DNA of 64,000 bases, from the NCBI RefSeq assembly GCF_009914755.1, contig NC_060926.1. One strand, written 5' to 3'. Below, piece by piece: positions 1-12,578 of this stretch. The stretch comes from the human T2T-CHM13v2.0 reference genome, Homo sapiens. A program made the translations under genes and the position numbers. The notes under the pieces are model-generated. The model searched no databases and was not told the origin of the DNA. It saw only the letters and a program-made list of their open reading frames with translations. Position 1 is the stretch's first letter. Every line of letters starts with the position of its first letter.

Positions 1-214
1 CCATTCAAGTGTTGCCTTCCCAAGTGATTTTTCTTTGTTTTTAAAAAGAGATGTGATTGGGCTCTACCGGGTGAATGTAATGTACTTTTCTGCATATCAT
101 ATAACATCTCACTGATTTGGTTTAATAGTAAGGTGTGAAGGAAGAAAGCACCAAGTTTGAAGTAATTAAAAATCTGAGTTTAGTTAATGGAAAAAAGGAT
201 CATAAGATTTAGTA

Positions 215-390
215 ACATAATAGACTCTAAACCTTAAATAGGACACTAACCTCTGAGTTTCAGTTTCTACACGTGTAGGATGGTGATCATACCAGCTTCC
301 TGAACCCTCAATCCTTTGGTAATTAAATAAGATACTGCATATGATGGTCTTTGCAAACTTAACACTGTATGCATATTCTCTCTTGTTATT
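215..390 (+). mobile_element. MIR SINE fragment
   Basis: Core 'taacctctgagtttcagtttctacacgtgtaggatgg' resembles the MIR core; boundaries approximate. Confidence 0.6.
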
Positions 391-879
391 AATTTAAACT
401 AAAGATAATAACAAAAATGAACAGTCTATTTGTTTTGGGTTTGCTTTATAGAAAAGACATTTCACTTATAATGACTAAATGCATTAGTTAACTCTAATTC
501 AATTAGAATTTTTATGAAGTCTGGCTTTCTAAACAAGCTAAAAATTTCTCCTTTAATTCTAATTATTCTAAAATGTCTGAACTAAGTCATCAACTTTATG
601 AGAAAGTGGTTTTCTGTGTGACACCAATAAATATTAGCGCATACTATTGCATTCATTATATGCACAATAATTAACATAAAAATTCATTCCTCTCATTTAT
701 GTGTCTGATTATATTTGGTATCTTCCTTTCCATTCATTGTGTTGTTTACTTGTTAAATGGGATAATGAGCAATCTTTAATTTTTCCACTGAATTCCTTTT
801 GCCTAAACTCCCGCTTCTACACATGTACTACTTAACTAGATTGAGGAAGAAAAATGAAACTCTCAGTCAAATTTTGAGT

Positions 880-1070
880 ACAGATATATCCTTTACAACT
901 GATTTTGCTATACGGTACCTTTGCAATATTAGGCAAGATCGTTAACTACTTGGTGTCTCAGTTTCTTCACTTAAAAATGAGTACAGTAATAAGGCCTCTT
1001 GCACTGGGTTGTTGAGAAGACTAATTCACTTAGAATATAAATTGTGAAATAGTGTTCACTAATTTTATTC
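880..1070 (+). mobile_element. MIR SINE fragment
   Basis: 'ggcaagatcgttaactacttggtgtctcagtttcttcacttaaaaatgag...gggttgttgagaagactaa' is the MIR core. Confidence 0.7.
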
Positions 1071-1669
1071 TTTATTGTTTTATCTTGATAAAAGTTTAAG
1101 AATTTCATAAATTGTTTTGTCTGTAGTCTGCGTAATTTTGAATGCATAACATCAAGAATGTGTTAATCTCCAGGTGAAACCAGTATAAAATTCCAACTTC
1201 AGTGTATACCTATGTAGGTTAAAGTGATCTTTAATGAATAATGGATTATTGTTAGTCAAGCAAGTAAATAACTATAATTTCTGCTTATTTATTCAGCTGG
1301 GGAAAAGCAGATTTATTTTATTAGTTTATTCATATTTATCCTAACCACCTCTCTGCTGGTATGCATCTCAATCAGTCAATAAGAATGGTATTTGCTAATT
1401 CATATTTTGTACATGCTGTCCACAATCCACTCCTAGGTATTCAGAGGAGGCAAGGATGAAACTGTTCAAGAGAAGGGGATGTGTGATTTGAAAGAAAAAG
1501 CTGTCTCTGAGCTACAAGTGGTGTACAAATTATTGGGAGAAATGTTACATATTCTTAAACTGTATCTTGTAATACCTTGGTAATTCAAAGAAAGGTGCTG
1601 TGCACTGGACTAGTCAGGAATGTGCCTTGGAGGAACTTGAATTGTGTCTTCACTGGACTACAGATACGT

Positions 1670-2123
1670 TGTGTATTTGTTTCCCAGGACTATGATTACA
1701 AAATATCACAAACTCAGTGAGTTAGAACAACAATTTTTTTTCTCTTATACTTCAGGAGACCAAAAGTCTGAAATCAAGATGTCACCAGAATTGGTTCCTT
1801 CATGGGGTCTCCAAAGGAGAATTGGTTTCATGCCCCTTTCCTGGCTTCTCTGGCTCCTAGCAATCCTAGCATTTCTTGGTTTATAGCCATGTCACTCTAA
1901 TCTCTGCCTCCATGTTCACATGGCTGCCTTCCCTGTGTCTGTGTCCTCTTCTTATAAGCAAACCACTCATGGTGGACTCTGGCCCACCCTAATCCAGTAT
2001 GCTCCTATCTTAACTTGAGTACATCTGTAAGACTTTATTTCCAAATGAGGCCTCATTCACATTTAAGTACCGGACATAAGAACTTGAACATATCATTTTT
2101 GGGGAACACAATTCAACCCACTA
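1670..2123 (-). mobile_element. MaLR solo LTR (MLT1B/C-like)
   Basis: Typical MLT1 blocks 'aagtctgaaatcaagatgtc' and 'ggcccaccctaatccagtatg', ending 'cacaattcaacccacta'. Confidence 0.85.
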
Positions 2124-2545
2124 GATGCGGAGAGAAGAGAGGAGAATATCCTAGACCAGAAAGACAGTGAGAGTATAAACACCACACTTTTTAACTTTCC
2201 TTAGTTGAATCTGTTGTTTACTTGAATTTCACCCCTTTTTATGGCGCCTGAGACATTGGCAAATTGGAGTGCTTCTTTAAAAATACCTGAAATTTCACTT
2301 GATTTTAATGTCAGTATTTTGCTATCACCAGGACAGGACTTAAATAAAATATTATTTTTGAATACTGGTAAAATCATCACTAATTCTTATTAAAAGAAAG
2401 AGTAATGCAAAGAGCAAAATCAAAACAATCTCATTAATTTGCACAGTGACTCTAGGATGAACATTTTTCATGTTTTAGAATAAAATGTTTTATCAAATTT
2501 TCTGAGCAGTTTTTTTCTATTTTTTTCCTATTTTTCTATTAACAG

Positions 2546-2767
2546 AAGTTTCTTGGTAAAAGCAAATAAGCTCCTAAACATTGAAGAAAGATATCTATTT
2601 AGAAAAATTGAAATTACAAAATTAGCTAACATTATAAAAACAGCAGAGAAACCAGCAACTATCATATATAGCCAAAATGAAAGTAAAACATATAAACTAC
2701 TTACACCTAGAGCTGGAAAATCAATGATGAAATGGCTTCATTTTACTAGATGTGCAAGTTATGCTAG
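2546..2767 (+). CDS. Putative internal coding exon (222 nt, phase 2-2) of an unidentified gene or pseudogene
   Basis: Long polypyrimidine tract plus 'aacag' acceptor (2544-2545), 74 codons with no stop in AT-rich non-repeat DNA, and a TAG|GTAATT donor just before the in-frame stop. Confidence 0.4.
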
Positions 2768-3951
2768 GTAATTCTCCTTATTTCCAATAGAAAATTGATA
2801 CTACTGAATTAGAGATTGAGTCTCTTTCTCTCCAGATTAGAATTATGGGATAATTTGCCCCCACTTTTTTTATTAGATAATATGAACAATTGGAAACAGT
2901 GAACATGCAAGGAAACAATGGTTGAGCCAATATATTACTTTAACAGCTTTTCACGTATAACAAATGTTTACCACAGATAACCATATGTTTCATGAGCTTC
3001 TGTGATCTTAGAAATTCATCTTTATTTGAGCAGTTTAAATCTTTCTTAAAACCATTTAAAATATTCAATCAATATATTTAAGGTAATCTGTGAATAATCT
3101 AATTAAGGAATAAAATGAGCAGTTAATAAAGGTCAGTGAAACAATTAACTATCTAATTTTGCTACTGAAGAAATAATACAATTATTTGTTATAGAACATG
3201 TAGCAAATGATAATAAAAATATTAAATATCAAATAGCTAAAGGAAGAATACACTGGGTCTCTGACATATCAAGTATGCTAATCAGAATACAACAACCAAA
3301 ATGAAATATTTAGTTCAGAGAAAAAAATTCAAAGAAAGATATTATTAGACTGGCAAGATAGTATTTAAAAATTAAATCCTCATTCTGTTCTAAGTAACAA
3401 ACCACATTAATGAAAAATATCTGCACTCTGGACTAGACGTTTTACTAGGCACAATAGCTTCTCCAGCTTCACTTTATCTTATCCCCATATATTCATAATT
3501 TACATGGAAAGCACTTTGAAAAACAATCGGCAAAGAATGAGCTTCTCAGATGACTGTCCTTTCTCCCTGTGAACAATGTAATCATCCAGAGCAGAACCAC
3601 TTCTATCTACAAATCAGTCATTAGAACTGGAAGGTCTTAAGACAAGGACAAACATTTTTTTTTTTTTAAAAATCAGCCTTCTAAGTTATAATCACTTCTG
3701 GTTAATACGATATGTGCACATGGAAAAAAATCTGTGGGCATATTTCAGTAGACAGTGACCTAAACCCTATTCTTTCCCACATAAAATCAGGGATTGACTT
3801 AGAGGTATGCATCTGATGCATTTGCAAGCTTAGGTTATATCAGAAGATCTCTAATAATGAGAAACTTCAGCAGAGAGTCATCAATCCTTCTCAGTCTTTT
3901 AAACATGGGCACAAGTTACCTAAACTTTTGTGGTGCTGTTGAATTTTTCAG

Positions 3952-3969
3952 GTTTCAGACAACAGAAAG
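3952..3969 (+). CDS. Putative 18-nt microexon (phase 2-2; R-FQTTE-R)
   Basis: 'gaatttttcag' acceptor and AAG|GTACCT donor; preserves the frame between the flanking candidate exons. Confidence 0.22.
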
Positions 3970-4140
3970 GTACCTGAAGTAAAGCCTACTTCTAAGTTTT
4001 TAAAAAAATGATCTCAAAGAGTGCTCTCCCAAGCTTAACTACTGTGAGAAATTGCTAAAAACAGACACACAATAGCTTAACAATTTGAATCTTAGAATTT
4101 AACTGGCAACACTGACTTAAAAAATAGAGATTATATTTGG

Positions 4141-4200
4141 GGTGTGTGTGAATGTGTGTGTGTTTGAGTGTGTGTGTGTGTTTGTGTGTGTGTGAGAGAG
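4141..4200. repeat. Imperfect (TG)n microsatellite with short GA end
   Basis: Directly visible. Confidence 0.9.
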
Positions 4201-4731
4201 GGAAAAGGAAAGAGGTGGTGGGAGGGAGAATTGTGATAAAATGTTGGGATACTACATAAAATCTTGACAAATGCATGTATACCTCCCTTTTCTTCCTCTT
4301 CCACGGACCCCCCTATGCACTATAATTGAGTATCTTGCCTGTTCTTTTACGTTTTGCCTAGGGTCTGATTTTGTTGTTATTTATTCTTTCTATCCTTACT
4401 TATTCCCTAAATCACTCTCCTGTGTCCTTTATCTTCTGTTTTCTTGTTTTCAAGTTGTCATTTACCAGTTGTTCTCACGTTTAATATCTACTCTGTAGCC
4501 TCTTGAACATGTCAGAGTAAAACACTAAACATATCTGGCAAATAGCCTTTTGGTTCATGCAAACAATAATAAAAAAGATTTCTGGATTATATTTTTCTCT
4601 TTAAAAGTTGAACTTTCTAAATTCAGGACATACAAAATATTGTACAAATATATAATTGTTATTCATGTGACATACTCCTTGCACTTTGTCTCTAAGAAGG
4701 GAATTATTGCCAGTGATTTCATTTGTTATAG

Positions 4732-4759
4732 ACAAAGTTCTTTGTTTGTGATTGTATAA
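4732..4759 (+). CDS. Putative terminal coding exon portion (R-QSSLFVIV*)
   Basis: 'tttcatttgttatag' acceptor, phase 2 compatible, TAA at 4757-4759, AATAAA about 100 nt downstream. Confidence 0.25.
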
Positions 4760-4861
4760 AATGAGTCTTGAGTGCTCTTATTACTTGCTAAGTAATATTA
4801 TTTCTTTTTATTACAACTCAAATCATGACCTGATATCATGCTTTATACTGGCCTTTTGGAC

Positions 4862-4867
4862 AATAAA
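4862..4867 (+). terminator. Candidate polyadenylation signal AATAAA
   Basis: Canonical hexamer downstream of the candidate stop; common by chance in AT-rich DNA. Confidence 0.2.
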
Positions 4868-5080
4868 TCAAAAATGAGATAGAAAACAAATGTCATAGCA
4901 CTCATCTAAAAGAAAATATTTCAGTAATTTTTAGCATAGAACACCCAACATCTCTCTTTGTTATCCCATATCTATACTACAACTGATATCTGGCCAATTG
5001 GGAGCCCTCATGACTACCAAAATTATAGTAGATTTTTCAATGCTTACCCTTTTCTGGATCTTCAGCTATATCTATGTATC

Positions 5081-5086
5081 TATATA

Positions 5087-5119
<33 letters not shown>

Positions 5120-5122
5120 ATA
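5081..5122. repeat. (TA)n microsatellite
   Basis: Directly visible. Confidence 0.9.
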
Positions 5123-5139
5123 TTCATAGATTAAATTGC

Positions 5140-5820
5140 TTGCTTTACACCTCTGCCTGGATTTTTAGGAATATATCCAATTGTATAGGGGAAAACTAAA
5201 CCCTCTTGATTCCATTCACTCTTCAATCCATCTACTCATTTTCTCCCTTTGTCAGTAAATGGCACCACCAAACACCTAGTTGCTTAAGTCAAAATTCAAA
5301 GAACGGGTGTAGGGGATGAGGTCAGGAGAATCCACAGATTCTCGAACAACCACCATCTACTGCCTAGACTATTGCAATACCTTACTAACTGATTTACTCC
5401 TTCCACCCTTGACCCTTAATCATCCACTTCTCACAATAGCCAGGGCAATATTTTTTAAAAATGTAAATATGATCACATCTCTTCTCTTTTCAAATCCTCC
5501 AGGAGCTTTTCATTGCTGCTAGAATAAAACCTGAATTTCCTACCCTAGCTTACATAGTTGGGAAATTGCTCATCTCATTGACCTCAACACACACCACTTT
5601 ACCCTTTGCCACTAATCTTTAGTTACGCGGCTTTTCTGTTTCTTTTTCACATGTGAATCCTTGACTTTTCCTAGTGCCCTTGCACTAGCTAAACAGCACC
5701 CCACCTGCAGTGATCATCTCCCTGATCTCTCCACAGCACTGATTCTGTCTTATTTAAATGTAGTTCAAATGTCATCTCCTCCAAGAAGCCCTCCCTGAAA
5801 ACCCAGTTTGAAATAGCCAC
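5140..5820 (+). mobile_element. L2 LINE fragment
   Basis: 'cagtaaatggcaccacc', 'ctgcctagactattgcaata' and 'ttcaaatgtcatctcctccaagaagccctccctga' are L2 3' region motifs. Confidence 0.8.
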
Positions 5821-5834
5821 TTAGTTACTAATTG

Positions 5835-6205
5835 TTTTAATCAGCTATGGCCACAACAATGCTGTGCAGAAAACAGCTTCAAATTTCAATGGCTTAACAA
5901 CAACAATAATTTTTAATTTTTATCTCAGGTTTGTGGGGAAGGTGGGGCAGTTCCATATCAGGCTGCAGGGTGGTTCAGCTTGGCTCCAGGCTTCAGGTCA
6001 GGTTCAAGTGTGCTCAACATGTCACATTCTACTGCCCATGGCTACCTGGGGCATGTCTTTCATGGGAGTTCAAGATGCCAAACCAAACCATAAAAACACA
6101 TTTAAGATCTCTTTTCCTCTCACATCTGCTAACATTCCTTTGGCCAAAGCAAGTCGTATGACAAGTTACAATATTAATGGGGCAGGAGATATATTTCACC
6201 CAGAT
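5835..6205 (-). mobile_element. Old MaLR LTR (MLT1I/J/K-like)
   Basis: 'aatggcttaacaacaacaa...cacatctgctaacattcctttggccaaagcaagtc' MLT1 motifs. Confidence 0.7.
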
Positions 6206-7175
6206 TCATATAATCAGTAAGAATGACAAAAATATTCCCAGAAACACTCAGAAGACTTCTCACATCTCTTTGGCTAAGAAGGTATCACATACTGTACTCA
6301 TACCTAAAACAATCACTGGAAAAAAGCTGTTGGTGATCAGCTGTAAATTAATATCAGCAAATATAAATTAATATCAGAGCCTTACTTAATAGTAGCAGTA
6401 GTAGGTGGAATATAATTTTGCTTAAAGTTGATGAAATTTAGATATATATGTATTATAGAATGAAATTCAAATATATATTATATTCCATAATAAGGTTTAG
6501 CCACTCTCACCCAATTCTTTTTTGATGTTCCTGAAGTTCTGAGTTACTAGCTAGAAAGCTGGAATGAGTCAGTCCAGTATGACTATTACAGTCCAAATTC
6601 TGGTTCGCAGAACAGATAAATAAGGTAAACAACCTCTGCTCAGAAGTAATGTTTAACAGATTATTTCTGTATGGATATGATCCCTTTATATTTTGTTAAA
6701 ATATGATGATCTCCAACTTTGTCAATTTGTTTTAAGCACCAAGACCTTAGGAGAAAACCTGTTTACTAGTAGACCTCTTATTTTCTAATACTGCTTTTCT
6801 GCTAACAACTCGAATGGAGCAGATTGCTTTTCTCCAAATTCCATATACTGGTGGAGTTGATTTTCAAGTAGAGCTTATAACTTCATCCATTTCATAGATG
6901 ATCAGTGAAGGCTATATCTTTTAGGCCTATAGTCCTATTTCCCCAAGTGAAACTTCTATTTCAGGCTTCAGAGACCAACTAGTGTGTAGTATTCTTATCC
7001 TCTGTGATCTATCATCTGGCAAGATCTTGCCTTATAGCAGCTGTCTATGATTATAACAACGACTTTAAGGCATTTTTTTTTTTTGATCGGTCATCAAAGA
7101 TAACAAGGTCACAAATTCAGTCTTTCCAGATTAATAAATGATTGCAGAGCTTTTCACACGTAGAAAGCCTTGTAA

Positions 7176-7204
7176 CATTCATTCATTCATTCATTCATTC
7201 ATTC
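7176..7204. repeat. (ATTC)n tetranucleotide repeat, probably an L2 tail
   Basis: Directly visible. Confidence 0.85.
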
Positions 7205-7650
7205 CTCTTATAGAGCATTTAGAATGATTCACTTTCCATTAATTCATTCATTGGACAATAAGTAAAAAGCTAAGGCAGGCCAAATTGAGATAATCTTTGA
7301 AAATATGAAGGTAAAGTACAAATTAGTGGAATGAGTATTTAGCAGTGTCCTTGAAATTTACTTGGTAAGCTTCAGGGTTTTTGAAGGACATTCTTAGAAG
7401 TAATTTCAGCTACTTCCCTTTTCAGAGGGGGGTAAATTCAAAATTAGAAAATTATTGTTTTTTTTTTAGCTAATGTCTGAAATTTTAAAATCATGCAAAT
7501 TTGCAGAGGTGCTGTAGATTTAATGATTTTGTGCCTGTGGTCACGGTTTCCATTACAGCTAATCAGAAGGCCTGTACCATTTCCTAACGTACAAACACAG
7601 TTTTGCACTAGTGCACCAGGATAATACATTGTTAATAAACATATATGGCA

Positions 7651-7664
7651 CCAGTAGATGGCAG
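7651..7664 (+). promoter_or_regulatory. CTCF core motif CCAGTAGATGGCAG
   Basis: 14/14 match to CCASYAGRKGGCRS in non-repeat DNA. Confidence 0.6.
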
Positions 7665-7814
7665 GCCTTACAGGTAGAGCCCATTACTTAAAGACAAGGG
7701 TAGTAAGTATTACAAATTCTGCTGGCAAGAGTTTTTAAAAATTCCAGACCATGCAATCAGCATTACCCATTTAAAGCCAGTATACCCATTTAAAATGTAG
7801 TCTATTTAAAGTGA

Positions 7815-7960
7815 AACTGGGTTCTAGTTTCACTTCTTCAATATATTATCTGGGTGACCTTGGCAAACTTCATATCAGTCAAATAGGATGGGTTCAATTG
7901 CTTTTTAAAATACCATAGACTTATTAAAATAATAAAATGAAACAAAAGTGCATTAAATTT
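7815..7960 (+). mobile_element. MIR fragment
   Basis: 'ctgggttctagt...tctgggtgaccttggcaaac' MIR motifs. Confidence 0.55.
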
Positions 7961-8139
7961 TCTTAAATTCAAATGTGATATACAAATTTAAGCTTATAAA
8001 ACTTATGATTATTGCAATATATATGATCTAAGAGTTTCAACAGTCTTCCACATTTGATTTCTACCTTAGACCCCCAACCCACCTTTCAGTCATTTTCAGT
8101 TCAAAGCAGTTTAATTTCAGTCAACTTGAAATATTACAT

Positions 8140-8800
8140 GTGAGTGTCCATTTCAAAAACCCCTTCCAAGGATTCGGGCAGAGCTCCCACGCAGCTGCAG
8201 AGTCCTGACAAAAGAAAGGCTGGTGTCGGGCTTGTGCCCCGCTTCCCTCCAGGCTCTCTGTGCCCACACAGCTGCAGAAGCTGCAGGTGTGTGTATGCGG
8301 TAATGTCTGTGCTCATGAATGACTACGATTTGGTGATGGCAATTGTGATCCCCTCCTCTGCTGGTCATTATTGTTTCTCTGCCTAACACCAGCTGTCCAT
8401 TGGCTCCCTTTGTGACCCTGGCATGGAAATGCTGGCTTTCTCATGCATCGTATTTGTTGGTTCTTCTGTGGAATCTGCACTGGCTTTCCCTTAAATAGTT
8501 CTCCAGTGATTCTTTCCAGCTGGAGCCACTTTTTATCCTTTGGTGGGAAGTCTTGCAAATGGAGTCTCCCTGCTTCAGTGGGGAGTTGTTATGAATTACT
8601 AACAGATACCTTAAGAAGCCCTACTTGCCTTCAGTGTTTTTTGACTTAAGGGAACTTAGGCATACATGTAAGCTAAGCAATGGGATTGTAGACTACCCTT
8701 TTAGACTGCCCTAGGCACACAGTCTCTCAGCTTTACAGCTGGACTTTCACCCATATTCTGACAGAATGAAGTTTATCTGCAGGCTGGTGGCTCTGCAGCT
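8140..8800. promoter_or_regulatory. Enhancer/promoter-like unique block with E-box cluster
   Basis: GC-elevated relative to flanks, with retained CpGs. CAGCTG at 8192, 8269, 8390, 8517 and 8736; CAGGTG at 8284; reverse CCAAT at 8399; CArG-like CCTTAAATAG at 8489. Confidence 0.45.
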
Positions 8801-10284
8801 TAGGAGTGGGGGACAAGACAAGCCTACCCCCAAGGGAACAGAGGTAGAAATAGGCAAATGATCACTGGCAACTCACAAACTCTTTAAGGGAGAAGGAGTA
8901 GTGTTTTGCTATAACATTCTTTTGGAATGTTACTACTCCAAAAACTTTATGGTAGAGGTATTTCTCCTGCTTTTCTTTGAATTTGGGAGGGAAATTATGT
9001 GCTTTGTTTTTGTTCTCAGCTCTGGATTGTTTTCAGTGTAGTCTCTACTCTGAGTGGAAATCCTGGGGGCGTGGAAATGCTCTTTACATCTGCAAGTTAT
9101 ACTGAATGCTTAATAGTCTCATGCCTCGTAATATTTGGTCCATGCCTATGTGAAGGTACTGGTCACTTCGAATTCTTAGCTGTTTGTCACTCGCCCATTT
9201 CAACTGCTTAACTGGATGCTTTTCAAGTGCAGAGGCTGCTCAGACACTGGTATATAGTAGGTGCACAGTAAAGCTTGTTGCATAAACAAATAAAATAGAT
9301 TGAATGAATGACAGAAACTCTGGAATTACAAGTATAGTACCTTTTGTTTAATTACTAAGTGTTCATGAGCACTTTCTAGATGGTAAATATACTATCCCTG
9401 GTAGAGATTTGCTACCAATTACTTTTTCATCAATGATGCTTTTATAAGTTCACATCAGCCTACATCCCATTGTCATATATTATGTACAAGGCACATGAGT
9501 ATCCAGAAAATGGTCCTCTTTTCATGTAGGAAATTTTGCCTTATTTCTCCCCAGAAGTCAGAAGTAGGATGAGTGCAGTCTAAAGTAGGTAATGAATTAA
9601 GCTTCTCCCCTGCCACCTTCTTACATGCCTGAATTAGTATGACTTTTAATTTTTAACAGTGAAATCTAGAGGTGGTTTCCAGGTGCTAAGATCATCTTAT
9701 ATTTGAAGAGAGAACATTAAAAAATCCCCTCCCCCAGGCTGTGGCAGAGCTGTTTTCTATTAAATAATTTCAGTCATGACGTTTTAGTAAGTCTCATTTT
9801 TATAATTCCATCCTTTGAAGGAATAATTTATTTTGCCCGTCTTCCTCTTAATTTTGTGTACACGTCTTTCTTTTTGGATTTTAAAATTAACGTTAACTTT
9901 TTTTTTGTTTTCTAAATTTAAGACTAAGAGAAATCACAGTAAGTTGTTCAATTATCCTTGACATTTCACAGCAGTGGAGTGTAAACTTTTTTCACAGAAT
10001 TCACAGTGGTCCACACCTTCCTAGCTCAGCAGTTCAGTTTATGTCAGTACATTTGTTGGCTGTGTGTGCTTCTCAGCAGATGCAAATGTGTAGCTATTTG
10101 CATGGTTCACAATGAAGTCTTATTTGAGAAATTCCTGAATCCATATCTGTGTTCTTTATTACGTAAAATTTTCTGTTCTGTTTCTCTTATTCTGGAAAGT
10201 GTTTGTTATCTTTGCTCTTGGTACATCGTAACACAGTAGTGTGTTCTAATCTGTGCTTTCAAATCTTTTTTTTTTTTTCATTCA

Positions 10285-10521
<237 letters not shown>

Positions 10522-10697
10522 TTAGAAAAACAAGGCTGACCGATACTCCTAATTCATTATGAACAATGCTGTGACAGGAAGCAGAGAAGGTGCAGGTTGG
10601 ATGGATCTGTGGTTGGGGATTTGCTGGCAAGGTGAGTGGAAAGGCACAGGAGAGCAGGATAGAGATAGATATTGGGAAAGGAGCAATGGGGAAGGGG

Positions 10698-10765
10698 CTG
10701 AAAATGTACGTTTCTAACAAGTTTCCAGGTGATGCTATTGCTGCTGGTCCTAAAACCACACACTA
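10698..10765. mobile_element. MER5A (hAT-Charlie) fragment
   Basis: 'tttctaacaagtttccaggtgatgctattgctgctggtcc' is a MER5A signature. Confidence 0.75.
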
Positions 10766-10776
10766 GTGGGAAATTA

Positions 10777-11146
<370 letters not shown>

Positions 11147-11500
11147 TTAAGAATTTACTGTAGGATGTCCAGAAACTAGAAGACATATAGATGGGTAACA
11201 GACAGCCAACTCTATTCTGAATTCTTTAAAAATTCACTACAAAATAGTATACATGTGCAATTTTTATACTCTTTATTATTTTTTTTTTCACTTTTCCCAC
11301 CTCTAGCTACTCAGTGATCTTTAGCCTGTCTTTATGGTCCAGAAATGTTTCTGTCAATTTTTGTCCTAGTGTTCCCCTAAATTGTTTACTCTTTTTTTCA
11401 GTTTACCCTAGCTGTTTAAATAAACTTATTTTTATTGTCCTCATCTTGAATGGAGTTAAAACTGAGGGAACTTCCAGGCCCACTGCAGGCCAGTAGGGCA

Positions 11501-11772
11501 TCTATAATGGTGGATACACATCATTATACGTTTGTCCAAACCCATAAAATGTATAATACCAAGGGAGAGCCCTAATATAAACTATGGACTTTGGGTAATA
11601 ATGATGTATCAATGCAGGTTAATCAGTTGTAACAAATGCACCACTCTGGTGGGGGATGCTGATAGTTGGAGAGGCTATGTATGTGTGGGGCAGGGAGAAT
11701 ATGGAAAATCTCTATCTTCCTTGCAATTTTGAGCCTAAAACTGTTCTAAAAAAGTAGTCTTGAAAAAAAAAA
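11501..11772 (+). mobile_element. L1MC 3' end fragment
   Basis: 'aactatggactttgggtaataatgatgtatcaatg...aacaaatgcaccactctggtgggggatg' then an A-tail. Confidence 0.85.
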
Positions 11773-12578
11773 TCAGAGAGATGCAGTGGAAGAGAAAGCA
11801 GGAAAGATTTGGTAGGTGAGGTCAGAGAGATTTGCAGCTAGGAAGGACTTGCTCCACCCTTACTGGCTTTGAAGGGAGCCATGAGCCAAGTGTTATGGAC
11901 TGAACTGTGTGCCTTGCAAATTCATACGATGTAATTCTAACCTCCAATGTTCCTCTATTTGAAGATAAGGCCTTTAAGGAGGTAACTAAAGTTAATTGAG
12001 ATTATAACAATGGGATCCTAATCCAATCCTTATGTCCTTTTATGAAAAGGAAGAGACGCTGGAGATCTTTCTCTCTCTGGGCAGGCACAGAGAAGAGGCC
12101 ATGTGAAGACACAGAAAGTGGCTGTCTACAAGCCAAGAGTTGAGGTCCAACCATAAACCAGCCCTGATGGCACCTTACTCTGGAACCTATGACCTCTAGA
12201 ATTGTGAGAAAATAAATTGTTGTTGTTCAAGCCACTCGGTTTGTGGTATTCTTTTATACACCAGAGAATGCGAGAGGCCTCTAGAAGCTGAGAGTGACCC
12301 CCTACTGACAGCCAGAGAGAAAATGGGGCTTGCATGGAACAAAATTCTGCCAATAACCAGAACGGGCTTGTAAATAGATTCATTCCCAGAGACTCCAGAA
12401 AAGATCTCAGGTCTGCTGATGCCTTGAATTTGGGTTTGTGAGGTTCTAAGTAGAGACCCATTTACTCCATATTGTACCCCAGCACCTAATCCACAGAAAT
12501 GGTGAGATAATAAATGGGTGTTGCTTTAAGACCCTAAGTTTGTGATAATTTGTTTTGGAAGCAATAGAAAACTAATAT
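11773..12578 (+). mobile_element. MaLR LTR (MLT1D/E/F-like) interrupted by a nested MLT1A-like LTR
   Basis: Host motif 'catgagccaag|gaatgcg...ggcctctagaagctg' is split by the insert; ends 'gcaatagaaaactaatat'. Confidence 0.8.
11891..12260 (+). mobile_element. Nested MLT1A-like solo LTR
   Basis: TG...CA termini ('tgttatggactgaa'...'tataca'); degenerate 5-bp TSD ccaag/ccaga. Confidence 0.85.

Noticed and set aside
1-70. Open frame HSSVAFPSDFSLFLKRDVIGLYR ending at a possible CGG|GTGAAT donor
   Set aside because: Truncated by the window edge, weak donor, and phase 0 does not fit the phase-2 acceptor at 2546; no bridging exon found
2546-2767. Vague recalled resemblance of the peptide to SPO16/C1orf146 (SFLV...EE..L; I.KT..KP)
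   Set aside because: From memory only, short, and needs a large gap; no gene symbol assigned without a search
8134-8649. Five overlapping 60-81 aa ORFs on both strands
   Set aside because: Explained by higher GC content; no recognisable protein or consistent exon structure
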